Source: Azolla caroliniana (Eukaryota; Plantae; Polypodiophyta). Taken from it: DNA of 64,000 nt. Location: contig JBHGNT010000011.1 of NCBI GenBank assembly GCA_043228905.1, forward strand, positions 3,844,001 through 3,908,000. The letters are read 5' to 3'. How positions within the stretch are numbered: position 1 is the stretch's first letter; every line of letters starts with the position of its first letter. The notes beneath the pieces are model-generated. The model ran no database searches. It was not told where the DNA came from and worked only from the letters and a program-made list of their open reading frames with translations. Position numbers and translations under genes: made by a program. This document shows, piece by piece, positions 49,801 to 63,619 of this stretch.

Positions 49801-52800
49801 TCTTAAAGGTGAAGAGCCTTGTCGAACGAGAAACCGGAAGAAAAATCAAGTGCCTAAGGTCTGATGGCGGAAAAGAGTACTTTTTTTACCAATTCTCGAG
49901 TTATCTGCAGAAGGAAGGAATTTGGCAAGAATTATCTTGGAGATACACGCCAGAGCAGAACGGTGTGGCCGAGTGGAAGAATCGGACAATACAGGAGGAG
50001 GCACAGGCGATGCTTGAAGAGAAGCATCTGCGGTCAGAGTCGGCCAAGAGGGCCATCAAATCGGCAGAGCAGAAATTGCATCGATCTACTCACCAAAAGC
50101 ACGCCGTAGTTCGATACAGATATAATGAGTACATGGCACATCATTATGCGTACATGACAAAAGTGGCGGAAAGCTACGCAAAAGTGGCAAAGGATGCAAA
50201 TTGACGTGTCATTATGGAGGAAGAGATGAGCACTCTCGCGGAGAACAAAACACGAGACCTAGTTGACACACCAAAGGGTGTGAAGCCGATCAAGTGTAGG
50301 TGGGTGTACAAGATCAAGTACAACGCCAATGGCTCCATCAACCAGTATAAGGCTCGGTTAGTGGCCAAGGGTTACGTGCAATAGCACGGCATCAACTATG
50401 ATGAGACATCAAATGGATGTAAAGAATGTGTTCCAACAAGGTGATCTTGAGGAACTGGTGTACATGGTACAACCCCCTAGATTTCAGTGCGATATGAACA
50501 TGTCAGTTGTTTGCCGACTAAAGCAGTCCCTCTACGGACTAAAGCAAGCCCCATCTACTTGGAATGCGAAGATCACGCAGCAATTGCGTCGGATGGGTTT
50601 TGCCACGTCAAAATCAGACTCTTCACTTTTCATCTGGCAAGGTCGGAGTGGGTCAGTTAGTATTTTACTTTACGTTGATAATTTAGTCATCGCCGGTGCC
50701 AACCAAGAAGAAATTGGACGCGTCAAGTCCTAGTTAGCGGCATCGTTCGACATGAAGGATCTGGGAGACCTTCATTACTTCCTCAAGATCGAAGTGATCC
50801 ACACCCCCGAAGGCATACTTATCAGCCAACGCCATTATGTGTTGAGTATGCTCTTCAAGTTCGGAATGACGGAATGCAAATTCATCTCAACTCCTCTTCA
50901 TAGGAATGCGAATCTTCGCCCTGACTCCGGAACGGCATGCGACCCGAAAAGGTTTTGACACATAATCGGAAGTCTTATATACTTGACCATTACCCGACTG
51001 GACCTCAACTATCTAGTCGGCTTGATTAGTCAATTCATGGCGCATCCAACCGTGGAGCACCTTCAGTGCACGCAACGAATCCTCAGGTATGTCAGCGGCA
51101 CTAAGCCCAGGGGATTGTTATATCAGGCCGGTACTATTAAATGGTTGATTGGCTACACGGATGTTGATTGGGTCGAAAATGCCAGCGGTTGCATGTCTAC
51201 TTCAAGCTTCGTGTTTTCACTTGGAAGCGTCGTGATCGCCTGGAGCAGCAAGAAGCAACCGACAATTGCACTATCGAGCACGAAGGCCAAGTATCGAGGA
51301 GAGGTTTTCGCGACGTTTGAAGCCGTATGGCTCAAACAATTATTGAAGGATCTGCATGTGGAGGTGTCCGATCCGACAACAATCTACTGCGACAACCTCA
51401 GCAGCATCCAACTTATGAGGAACCCCGTCTTCCACACCCGGACCAAGCACATTGAGGTGCACTATCATTTTGTCCGCGAGCGAGTCATTTCTAGTGAAGT
51501 CGACATGGTGTATGTTCCGACGGATCTGTAGACGACCAATATCTTCACCAAACCCCTTGGCCTGGACAAGTTGTGGCAATTTTCGAGTGCACTTGGTCTG
51601 CATCATCTCGACGTGCCGAACTTGAGGGGGAGAAATAGAAAAAGGAGTGGAAGAGACCGGAAAGCCGAGTCGGATGAAGAGTTCGACTTCAGGCTGGCTA
51701 AAGACGGATACATGGAGAGCCAAAGCCAAAGCCAACCAAACAAGGGGGAGGTAAAGCCAAGAAGGGCAGAGAGGCCAGGACTAAGACATGGTCAGATGTG
51801 GTCAAGGGATTGAAGGCAAGTGATGAATTGGAGACAACTAATTCATTCAAACAAATCGATTCAGACAAGCCGTATCATATAAAGGCCGAGTGGACGAAAG
51901 GGCAGCCGAAGACGACACCGAAATGAAGGAATCATCGGGTCAATGAGCGCCGAAGTCGTGTCATCGAGGGAGCTGACAAGGGCCTTACGAGCAGACAAAC
52001 CGACTAGAAGGGTCAAGAAGCGAAGGACTAGAGGGTTCGAGGAACGCAGAACCGAACCGGACGAGGAGTGCGAGCAAGGCGTGGAGACACTAGGAAGAGT
52101 TGGAGGCTAACTCAAGGAGAACCTCAAGTTGAGCTTGAGGGGGAGTATTGAGCGAGCAAGCTCAACTTGGGCTAGATCGGCTGAAGAAGCCGAGAACCAG
52201 ACCGAATTGGACCGATCAGTTAGGCCCGGATCGGCTGAAGAAGTCGGGAGCTGGATCGGACAGAGTCCGATCGGAGGGAGCCAGAAGGCCGTTGGAAAGA
52301 TATTCCACGAAGGAATATATTTGGGAGTTAGCGTAGGAGCTCATTTATGAGCATTCAAGTATTGACGATACTTGTGTCGGTACCTTTAAGGACTTGTATA
52401 AAAGTGCTCTTTGAGCACATTTGATGTACAGAATGTTCATTATTTGTGTTTTTATGTTCTGCTCTCTCTGTCACTCCCATATACTTGTTGTGCATTTGAA
52501 GCTTTCCATTAAACCTGTGTATTGTCTGTTGTTGTCCTCTTTCCAGAAAAAAAGTTGTCATTAAACCGGATGAGCAGGTTGTGTCTAGGGTTTTGCACAT
52601 AACTTTTACAACTAATTTATATGGAGTGAGTTTTCTTCTTCTTCTTCTTCTTCTCTTGACATGAGTTGTAAAGGTTGCAGCTACAGCGATCGACTACTTC
52701 TTCGTGAATGTAGGCTGACACGACACACGTGGATGGGCTTGGATCAAGCTACCAAGCACTCTGATACCATGTAAAGAATTGAGAGTGATTATGTGCAACG

Positions 52801-53061
52801 GAAGGTGTGTGTATGTGTGTGTAGTCGAGAGAGAGAGAAAGAAAGATCGAGTTATACAAACAACTCGAAAAACTGTATTAACAAGAATAAGACAATCGAC
52901 GGTTACAAGGAGGAGAAAGATGCTTATGTAGTCATCGTCTCTCTATATTCTCTTTCTACAACCACTTCTTACTAAAGAGAGGCGGAGACTTAACTGCACT
53001 AATTACTATATTAGGAGGTGGGTTGTTCACACACTAGGGAAGTTGAGTTTGATTCTCAACA
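46841..53061 (-). mobile_element. Copia 5' half (LTR 52770-53061, PBS 52758-52769, gag 46841-47560), interrupted at 47578-52610
   Basis: ACTCTGATACCA abuts TGTAAAG; gag SYTLKIKELCDS...DEMVQICLGGL. Confidence 0.8.
47578..52610 (+). mobile_element. Two-LTR Copia element (LTRs 47578-47985, 52146-52610), degenerate with internal deletions
   Basis: PBS TGGTATTAAAGCG at 47986; gag/PR/INT/RT/RH remnants; PPT GAGGGGGAG; TSD ACTGA/ACTAA. Confidence 0.9.
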
Positions 53062-54808
53062 CCGAAAATCTGGATAATCAGAAATCGACATCTAGTTACA
53101 TATTCACCTATGGGGGCAACGCCATATCTTGGAGATCAAAACTGCAAGAGTGCATGGCCCTATTGACCACAAAGACCAAGTAAATTGTTGCGTCGAAAGC
53201 AGCAAAGGAAGCAATCTAACTACACCGATTGTCAGCTGATTTTTTGGTAATGAGTTGAATCGATCATCTGGCATTGATCCTCTATTGCAACTCACATAGT
53301 GCAATACGCCTCACATTGAGGTGAGGTACCATCACATCCAGGAGCTCGTAAGGAGAAGAAGCTCGAAGTCTGAAAGATAGACACTGAGGTGAATATCGTC
53401 GATTGCCTGATGAAGCCACTCCTAGAACAACACTTCGGATCACTAAGGGACACAATGGGACTATGACAAAGGATTGAGTTGAAAGAAGCCGAACAAACAA
53501 ACGCAGTAGGTAAGGCAAACACTAGTCTAATCAGACGAGCTGAAAAGGCAAAGTCCAAGGAGCTGAAATACCGAGAGACAGAAGGCACGGTCAAGTGTTG
53601 GGAAACAGGTCCCTCGGATGGGAAGAGGAGCACAAGACGAAGAAAAGGGAAAACCGAATCGGTTGACAATAACTCAGCCGAGGCCGAAAAATCAAACCGA
53701 TTGTTCAATTCGGTCATGGCCGAAAATCGAATCCGAATCGGTTGAAGCCAACTCGGGGCTACATCCATAAATAGAGTTAGTGTGCCCTTTGTGGGCTATA
53801 CTTGTAAATAGCCCTGAATGTTGTGTTAGTATAAATACATCTAGGGCAATCATTATGAACTCGTTGTTGTAAAGTTATAGTGTGTAGTTGCCTCTGTAAC
53901 TAAGTGAGTGTAAGAGAGTGAGAGTGAGTAACTTCTCCATATCCATCTGCTTAGACGAAGAAGAACTCAAGGTTGGTGCCTTGCAAGATCTTATTGTATT
54001 CCTCTTACTGATAGTGAGATAGTTCGGAGTCTGTGGGCTCCCATGGTTTTTCCCATTTTGGGTTTTCCACGTCAAATACCTATGTCTCTATACTTTCTGT
54101 TTTTCTGTTTGTCTGCATATTGTCATTCTCGATCTTTGCACCCGCAAACGTATACGTGACAACCGGTTGTGGCTGGTCTATTCTCAACATCAAGTGCCAA
54201 GAACCAAATTGGAAAGGAGATGATCAAGGGATAACCAAAGCCGAAGACCGATCGAGGATCCAACGGGGAGCGCAGGAGCGAGCGCGAACAAGGAGCCGAA
54301 AGATGAGTAGAGGCTGAAAGCCGAAATCGAACTTGATCCTATCCGGACGAACTAGCCGATTCGGCTGACCCGAACAAGCCTATCCGGACAACTAGCCAAA
54401 TTAGGCTAGACTTAGACTTCACCTCTGCCAATTCGGCCATAAGTTGATCGACTGGTATTTATACAATTGTAATTTAGATTCAATTTGTAATCTAGGTTTA
54501 CGGGGGAGATAACCCCAACAAATTGTATATCCATGTAGAGTAGTCCTTTTATGGGGGAGTTTGTTGGCATAAAAGGCTGACTCCACCCACTTGTATCTCT
54601 AGTGTGAATATGTTACCCAGTTAGGGCTTGACTATATAAGCCTAACTATGACATTGTAAATAGAGAAAGTTTTTCAGAGAGAATAATATTGTCTTCCATT
54701 AGAGCTTAACAGTGTGCATCTTGTTTCTTTCTTTCTGCCTACAGTACATAATATGTTTCTCTCGTCTATCTATGTTGTTTGCTTCACACTAACTACAGGT
54801 CCTCAACA
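53062..54808 (+). mobile_element. Copia 3' remnant (RNase H, long 3' UTR, LTR 54562-54808)
   Basis: ISWRSKLQEC motif; PPT GGGGGAG followed by TGTTGG...CAACA. Confidence 0.65.
53596..54189 (+). mobile_element. Solo LTR (594 bp)
   Basis: TGTTGGGAAACAGGTCCCTC...CTCAACA, exact TSD TCAAG. Confidence 0.9.
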
Positions 54809-55598
54809 CATTCTTTTGCTGCAACAACTCATACTATAACCAACAAGGAACTATTCATCATAATATATGTCGATGACTTGGTGACTAGAGGAGAACATAT
54901 AGTTGACATCAATAACATCACGATACTCCTCTACGGCATATTCGAAATGAAGGATATGAAAGAGCTCCATTACTTCCTAGGTATCGAAGTAATTCGGACC
55001 TCAAATGGAATTATGATCTCCCAACGACAATACATTCTAAACTTACTATACACGAGTTTGGAATGACACTGTGCAAATCTCTGGTGACCCCTCTAGATCG
55101 AAACCTAAAGCTTGATGCCAACTCTAGCACCATGGAGTGCAAGACAACACGAGATCGGCAACTTGTCGGAATCCTAGTCTATCTTACCATCTCCTAACCC
55201 GACCTTAGCTATCCGACCTGCCTCCTTAGCTAATTCATGTAGACACCTCGTAATATTCATCTGGAATGTGTTAAGCGAGTGTTACGATACGTAAGTCGTA
55301 CGATGAATTACGACATCCTCTACAAATCAACAATGTTGATTCGACTCAAAGGCTATATAGATGTTGATTGGGCCGGCTACAAAGTCGATATATAATCAAC
55401 CTCTGGATTCTTCTTCTCCCTTGGTAGTAGAGCAATATCCTTAAGCAACAAGAAGCAGCTGACAATCGCACTGTCAAGCACAATCGCATGTGAAGCCGTT
55501 TGGCTCAAGAAGGATCTGAACGTCTCCATCAAAGATCCAATCTTGCTCTACAACGATAACCTCAGCAACATACATCTTGCTCGGAACCTTGTCTTCCA

Positions 55599-56413
55599 TG
55601 TTGGGAGACAGGTCCCTCCGGATGGCAAGGGAGAAGAACAAGGCCGACGAACAATCTCGGCCGAGGCCGAAACCGGAAGAGAAGTACCCGGCTACGGAGA
55701 GCCGGATGATGCAGACCCGGTGTGAACCAGATGAGGAGTACCCGGCTACGGAGAGCCGGATGGTGCAGACCCGGTGTGAACCAGATGAGGAGTACCCGGC
55801 TACGGAGAGCCGGATGGTGCAGACCCGGTGTGAACCGGATGAGGAGTACCCGGCTACGGAGAGCCGGATGGTGCAGACCCGGTGTGAACCGGATGAGGAG
55901 CACCCGACTACGGAGAGTCGGATGACGCAGACCCGATGAGAACCGGAGGAAGAGACATATTCGTAAATATGTTTCTGAGAGCCCATCGTGGCTATATTTG
56001 TAAATAGCCGAAAAGTCATATTAGTATAAATATGACTTAGGGCAAATATGTGTTGAGTGGTGTTGTTGTCATTTTTCTTGTTGGTGCAAGAAGAAGAGAG
56101 AGCACGTAACAGTGTATAGAGAGAGAGAGAGAGAGAAAGAGGTCGCTGCCTCTGTTGTAACCGCCGCCTATGGCGAAGATCGTGAGTACGAGGTCGTTGC
56201 CTCCGTGAACTCACTGTATTGTACATTCTTACATAGTGACAGTTTGCAGCCTGTGGGCTGTCGTGGTTTTTCCCCTAGTTTGGGGTTTTCCACGTAAACC
56301 TCCTGTGTATTTTCTTCTTCTTTGTGTCACATTTTATTTCCCGTTTTTCTGTGTATGATCCTAAGTTCGGTTGTGGCCGAGCGTTGTGCATAAGGAGCCT
56401 TGAGTTCCCGTCA
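55599..56413 (+). mobile_element. Solo LTR with five 54-bp tandem units
   Basis: TGTTGGGAGACAGG...CCCGTCA, exact TSD TTCCA. Confidence 0.92.
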
Positions 56414-56485
56414 TTCCACACTCAGACTAAGCACATTGAGGTGCACTATCACTTCATCTGAGAATGTGTCATGGTTGGAGATGTC

Positions 56486-56768
56486 TGTCGAGGATACTAT
56501 CGGCCACAACCGGTTGATACACTTTCGTATGCGGGTGCAAAGATCAAGATGACAATGCACAAACAAATAGAAATAGAAGTATAGATACACCGATATTTTA
56601 ACATGGAAAGCCTTGAAAGGGAAAAACCATGGTGAGTCCACAAACTCCCAAAATGAATTACTATGATGGGAGGAATACAACAAGAAGCTTCAAGGCAATG
56701 ACCTCGGCCAAGTTAGCCATCGATTGATTCGGCTTATCTCTCCATCTGAAGGGACCAATTGCCTAACA
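56486..56768 (-). mobile_element. Short solo LTR related to the TGTTGGGAGACAGGTCCC family
   Basis: TG...CA termini, TSD ATGTC/ATGTT; the host RNase H frame resumes. Confidence 0.75.
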
Positions 56769-57404
56769 ATGTTGACCTGCAACACATCAACACGAGTCTT
56801 CAGATGGATGACATCTTCGCGAAGGCCCTAGGAGTCGACAAGCTTCAGCAATTCTCGTCAGACAATGGTCTTTCGACCGCAGACCTATTGCACTTGAGGG
56901 GGAGTGACCTGATTATAAGGATGAGCCTAACACACGGCCAAACATCAATAAGAGATGGAGTGGAAGAACAGACACGCAGTCGAACGAACACAAAAAGCAA
57001 AATGAGTCGGGTTTCAAAGTCAAACCTACAAAGCCAAATCCGGAGCCGGACATCATCAAAGTCGGACCAGGACACAAGCAAGATGAAAGTTGACTATCCG
57101 GCAACAGGAAGTTGAGCTTGAAGGGGCGTGTTGAGAATCAAACTCAACTTCCCCTATGGTATGAACACACCTTAAGTACACAAGTGTGTGGACAATCCAT
57201 CCCTACTATGTAACAATAACTAATGTGTCATAGATGTAACTCCTATGACAGTTATTAGGTTGTTAAGGTTCCACCTCTTTCCCAAGAGGTGGTTGAAGTA
57301 AGAGAATGTAGAGAGAAGGTGAGTATATAAGTGTGCCTTCTCCCATCCTTTGTATGTAGTTGGTTATCATTCTTGTGAACACAGTTTTTTTGTTTTTCTG
57401 TCTA

Positions 57405-57447
<43 letters not shown>

Positions 57448-57449
<2 letters not shown>

Positions 57450-58793
57450 GGACACAATTAGAGAGACATGTGGACACAATTAGAGAGACCTTTGGTGATG
57501 AAGTTATCATGTCAACTCCGAAGCAAATTGATAGTACCACATGACATTATTAGAGCAAAGTTCAGTCAACCCCCAATGTTAGTAGAAGCACTCTTCCAAT
57601 TGGTAGTTTTTATTCATAGGATACATAGCTAACCACAAGATAGGATATCCCGTCAAGCTTTTGAGCCATCCCAATCCCTATATGAGTTCAGAGATAGTAG
57701 CTCTTGGTATAGCATTGTCGTGCATTGGTTATTTGCAAATGGCATAGACATTAATAACCTACCTCCCCTTGAGTACAACCATGGGACTGATCAAACTTTA
57801 ATCTCTCATGAGGACCGTAAAAAAGTAATACGCCAAGAAATATGGCAAATTTATACACGATATAAATGGATCACCCCACAAGAGCCACTCCCATCTAAAA
57901 TCTCATACTATAAGGAACACTTCATGCAATTGTCTAAGCTAGGTTTTATTACACGACCAAAATATCTAGATACATTCTTGACGAATGCACTAAGGGTGGC
58001 CATTGGACAACTTAGGATATCATCTCACCAACTTGAGATTGAGAATGGTCGTAATAATGGAGTCCCTAGAGAGGAAAGGCTATGTAGGTTATGTCACATA
58101 GAGATAGAGGATGAGTATCATTTTACATGCAAGTGTCCAACTTATGCCGAGATCAGGGCGAAATACCAAGACATACTAGGATCCTTTCCCACCCTCTCCA
58201 AACTATTCAATACCCCAGATATAAAGACACTGGGTAGGTATATCTTAGAGCGAAAACAACATAGGGAGGAAAAACTACAAAATGTTAACCATAATCATTT
58301 TAATATTCACCAACATGTAACTAATACAATTTTTCAGGAACAAGGGGAGACGATGAATTTGGACACACCTACACCACTCGGCCTCTCTCTTGAGGAAGCA
58401 GAAATGCAAAGAACAACCAAACGCCCTAGGATGTCAGGCTTCAAAGCAACTTGACGTGGAGTAGAAACAATTAAGAAGATAAGGGAATGTGAGTTACGCC
58501 GCCTAGCAGCTATGGTTGTGGTATCTTTTACATTGGGACCACAGGTCACCTCCACATCGAAACCATTTGACCTTCCACTTCTTTTTGAGAGACTTGGATG
58601 TAAATGAAACTAGGCCTAGTATAATGTCATTTCCTTATAGAACATGTTTTTTTTTGCTAGAACTCTTTAGTTTATGTTCTATTTTTTTTTTATACTTTCA
58701 ATGAATGGGTAAATACCCCATTTTTATGGTAAACCAATTGTCTCATGGGCCAATTTTGGTCTTAGAAGACGTTAATATATCTTTCTTTCTTTC
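57448..58793 (+). mobile_element. 5'-truncated LINE (RTE-X-like) with (TTTC)n tail
   Basis: ORF 57720-58454 carries LRISSHQLEIENGR...PREERLCRLC...EDEYHF..KCPTY; the element ends CTTAGAAGACGTTAATATATC(TTTC)n. Confidence 0.82.
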
Positions 58794-58836
58794 GTCTTCC
58801 TCGCACACACACACACACACCCTTCTAATCCATTTC

Positions 58837-59230
58837 CATAGTTGTTAAAAAATGCATATTCTACGTTTAGAGTACGTTTTAGAATACTCTGAAGTTTTCT
58901 ACACGTATTCTACGTTTTAGAATTGCCGTTTTTTAAAATTTGATGTATTCTATGTATTCAACGTATTTAACAAGTATTTATCATTTCAAAAAATATTTTC
59001 TTTTTTTTGAAAAAAAAACTTTAAATGTTACGAAGTATTTAACGTATTTTACAAGTATTCTACACATATTCTAAGTATTCTAAACATATTCTAAGTATTC
59101 TACACATATTCTAAGTATTTAACGTACTTTATCTATAAAATACGTATTCTGAGTATTTATTTTTTTTAAAGTTAGAATACTTAGAATACGTATTGTACGC
59201 GTATGTTATGCTAAGTATTTTACAACAATG
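58837..59230. mobile_element. Intact hAT-type MITE (394 bp)
   Basis: Same TIRs as 24301/35435; exact 8-bp TSD TCCATTTC; many GTATTCTA motifs. Confidence 0.92.
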
Positions 59231-61769
59231 TCCATTTCCACTACATAGAATCATATACTTGATTCTTTACATTAATTAACAAATGATCACTTTTAGACTT
59301 TAAACGATATCCTTCCTATATAAGGGACATATATTTCGTTTCTTGTACCATGTACTCACCTAATATACATACATACATATAATAGCCGTTGGTTGTGTTC
59401 ACACCCACTAGATGGCCAACACGCTTCTACAATTCTTCTCAAATAACAAGTGCCGAACCTCTATGGCTTTGATACGATATTAAAGGTTTCACAACCACAT
59501 ATTCGGCATAGAGTAGGGAAAACAATTATTTATAAATTATATTATTAACATTAGCAAAGTATTGAATCATGATGATAAAAAAAAGACTTTGAAACAATGG
59601 GAGCTCTAGCTTATGTGTTTCAAACTAAGCAAATGCAAAGACAATTCAATGGATGAAGTGACAACTAGCATTTGACTACACTTTAAGGTTCATTTTTATG
59701 CAATAGGCTAGTAGACCCAAAGTCTAATCCATCATATTCAATGAACACATGTGTAATAAAGTTCACAATTAACAATATTTAACTATTTTTAATCACATTT
59801 AACAATATTACAAGAGGATAGAGCTGACTAGAATTCAACTATATTTAATCATTACACTACCTTGGACAAATACACACTAATAGACTAATAGCTACATTTG
59901 GGTTCCTACAATTCATAATTCTTGTACAACAAGGTCCTATAAGCATCTTCTTTTCCATTGCACTCATTCTAAATATTCTAGGCATTTTGGACAAGTTTTC
60001 CCTAAATTCTTTAGTCTATAAATTACAATTTTGTGGTTGCTAGCCTTCATGTTTTAGTCTCCTTTATTATGTAGTAAGCCAATGCTTTCATATTGTGCAA
60101 CATGCTTTATCATGTAATGCCTTGTTCTACATAACGAGAGAGTGAATACAGAGGAGATCAATTGCTTTGTATCTTCCACGGGAAAGAAGTAAGCAATTTC
60201 ATGATCATTATTTAAGTAATATAGTGCAATGTATCATTATAATGACCACTATACATTCCCTTTTACCCTTTCCATGTGCTCTTCCTTGCATTCTCATATC
60301 ATGACCCTCTTTCCTTATTGATATAATTTCCCTTGCGACATGCCAAAGCATGCATTATATTCAACTCGTTTTATCCTTTCCATCCCTACCTTCTCGTTCA
60401 TGTACACCTTCATTTGCTATCTACAAGAGTCTAAGACCTTGGTCTAATTACGCTTCAACTTCAAATGGGCGCACAATTCACTAGTTATGCCTTCATTTCC
60501 TATATATGAGAATTTGATACCTTAGTCTAATCAGATTAGGACTTTACATGGATGCACTGTGCACAATTTAGTAACACTCTCCTCATGATTATCACACCAA
60601 GTTTAACATTGGGATCCCCAAAAGTACTTTTTGTGAATTTACATTTTTAACATGACTTTTTGAATATCGATGCAAACCATCATCCAATTGTTTTTAAATC
60701 TAAACTTTTGGTCATGTTCATTTTGCCATGATTGGATTAAAAATGTAAAATTTCCGAAGTTTCATGTAGGAAAGTGCTCATAATGTCTTTTGGAGGCATC
60801 ATTTATAAACATTTCTTCTATACCCTATGGTATGGTGGCACACTGCAAGTATGAAGCATATATATCATATATGTATATATTTCTACACATTTATTTGACG
60901 TCAATTGTACTCAAATGTAATTTCAAAGACTCAAAGACATTTACTTCATGAAATTCAAGACGATATCTTTGGTGAAGATGAACAAAAGCATATTGTAAAT
61001 TGTTCATGTAAACACTCCGCTACATAACACATGTGGCGCGAGATAGGGTTTAGGCACAAATCTCATATATTTCAACCAATAATAATTATATTACTATGTC
61101 TATGGTGTTACATGTGAGTGGTGATGTGTAAGGCAAAACTATATGGCCATATATTTTGTATTTGCAATTGTAATATTGTAGAGTAACGAGATTATGTCAT
61201 GTGTACTTCCCTCCTTTGATACCTCTTATTGATGATTTACAATGATGTTTTGTCACATCAAATAAACTTGATGCATAGTGTTGATGGTGCATGTTGTACT
61301 ATGCACACTTAGTATCCACATAAGATGGAACTATCGCGTCTCTACAAGGATTTGTTTATAACACTCTCATCTGTAAATTTTTATAACTAATGGAAGGAAT
61401 ATCTTTTTTTGGAAAAAAAGGACCTTGGTTATTTGTTTAAAGATTTTGGAATTTCAAGAAAGAGAGAGAGAGAGAGAGAGAGTTTTTCAAGACGAAATGA
61501 TTCATCCAAAATCTTACATAGTAAATCATTATGCAAATTTTATAAATCTTTTAAAAACATATAAGCAAATGTTGGAATCTTGATTTTGCAATGCAATTTT
61601 ATATAAAATTACTATCACATGATGGTGTAAGGAACAAGATATATGAGGTGTAAAAGTATATCACATTCACGATCACTCACTCACTCCTTGATCCTTGCCA
61701 CGGGTTAGGTCCTGTCTCATAGATAAAAAATTGGCCTTCCATGGACATAAAAAATAAGTCACTCACTCT

Positions 61770-61993
61770 CACTCTCTTTTTTTTATCATAATTAGCTTAC
61801 CTTAGTGGTAAGTCGATAATACTACAACCATTGTGTCTTGGGTTTGAAACCCAATTTCCTCACCTCTCTATTATATACTTCATATATATCTCTATTTCAC
61901 TAGATGCCACTGTGGAATGTAGGGGTTGAACCCATGACCACCTCATCTCCATTGGGCAACCTTACTAACTGAGCTACATCCATTTGGGCACTA

Positions 61994-62024
<31 letters not shown>

Positions 62025-62116
62025 ATTTCACTAGATGCCACTGTGGAATGTAGGGGTTAAACCCATGACCACTTGGTCTCCATTGGGCAACCTTACCAAC
62101 TTAGCTACATCTATTT

Positions 62117-62121
<5 letters not shown>
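61770..62121. repeat. tRNA-derived repeat with two convergent A/B-box heads, plus a tandem copy of one half
   Basis: Plus head CTTAGTGGTAAG...GGGTTTGAAACCC; minus head TAGCTCAGTTAGTAAG...GGGTTCAACCCC; 61890-61990 is repeated at 62021-62121. Confidence 0.7.
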
Positions 62122-62199
<78 letters not shown>

Positions 62200-62959
62200 T
62201 TGCCATTCAAACCATTGCTTCCATGTGACTTAGCTCACATGCATTGTGATGTGAGATGGGGCGTTGGGGCACAAGTGACGAGAGTGGCCAGCTACGCACA
62301 CTTTGCCCTAAACAAGTTCAAGAGTTTGAGCATCACATTTTGATACAATGCTCTGCCTTTGATCATATTCGATTGAGCCCTATCCTTGCATGAATTTCTC
62401 TCACAACCACAATGCGCACTCTCGATTGCAACATTCATTGGTAAAGTTCTTAAACATCGAGAGTCACTACTCACTTTCACACGTATCACGTGAAATGTAA
62501 TATTTTTGGTCCCATAGGTCATATTTGACCTCCAAAGACAATAATATAATCTATCTATCTATCTATCTATCCAAGCCACTCTCTCTTGTGGACGATATAG
62601 AATCTATTCTATTCTATTGTCTTTAGTTCCAAAATTCATGTTATTGGCCATTCAAGAGAGATAGAAGACGATCATCATCGTTTTGATCATCATCTTCTTC
62701 GTGATCGTGATCATGTTCATCTCTCTCTCTCTCTCTCTAGGAAACCCAATAAACCCAAAATCCCCCATCCCCATTCCCACCCAAGCCAAGCCAAGCCAAC
62801 CTAGTCCAAAGTTCTTACATTAACATATTTTGTTTATGATGAGATGGATGATACTTTTGGTAGGTAGAGAGTAGAAGTATAGTAACATACATATATATAT
62901 ATACATATACATATACATATATACATATACATATACATATATACATATACATACATACA

Positions 62960-63040
<81 letters not shown>

Positions 63041-63043
<3 letters not shown>

Positions 63044-63592
63044 AAACATGCGGGGTGGCAGTCTCATCTTCCATTTCATGCAAAGGTGTTTCTTTGGCAT
63101 GCTTTAGTTGAAGAAGATGTTTTTTTGTAGGGTGGTTGAAGAAGATGTCAGACATAGGTTCATTACATGTCCGGTTGCTAAAGCCATTTGGGTGATTATA
63201 TCACAAATTTGGGCATTAATAACTAGAAATATTATGCCGCCTTATAACTGGGTTTTTATTGATAAGGATAAAGCTATGCATGCACCATCATATAAGGTTG
63301 TGTTTGACTACCTTAGATATTGGTGGATGTGGTTTAATTGGACCATGAGAAATGGGTTCTTGTTTGATGGACTTGATGGGGTAGGTAACACAACAACTTC
63401 GTAGGATGAAAGGGAAGTTGATTTGGCAATTTTCACAACTATGTTGTATGGGGATGTTGTCTCGAGAGGAGATAGACTTATGTAATCTAGTTTTACAACA
63501 CTTGAGAGGGTTTCCTTTGCACTATCACTATTTATGAAGTAATAAGGGTTGTATTATTATCTTGTTTTAATTACAAACAATGATTTACAAAA
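63041..63592 (+). mobile_element. LINE 3' fragment (zf-RVT-like) inside a (GA)n tract
   Basis: [22 protein letters not shown]...WFNWTMRN; (GA)n lies on both sides. Confidence 0.65.
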
Positions 63593-63619
63593 GAGGGAGA
63601 GAGAGAGAGAGAGAGAATC

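Larger units (their letters stand above)
54809..59271 (+). mobile_element. Copia RT/RNase H remnant with 3' LTR (57129-59271) split by a LINE and a MITE
   Basis: YVDDL, MKDMKELHYFLGIEV and KHIEVHYHF motifs; LTR TGTTGAGAATC...TTCTTTACA parallels LTR 52770-53061. Confidence 0.75.

Noticed and set aside
55474-56226. 250-aa and 120-aa repeat-protein ORFs
   Set aside because: By-products of a stop-free 54-bp repeat inside a TSD-bounded solo LTR.
60500-61010. Possible decayed MULE transposase on the minus strand
   Set aside because: Only vague motif hints with many stops; a profile search would be needed.
62820-63155. ORFs with SLSL/YIYI runs (also 688-924, 1838-2164, 62035-62343)
   Set aside because: Translations of (GA)n and (TA)n microsatellites.
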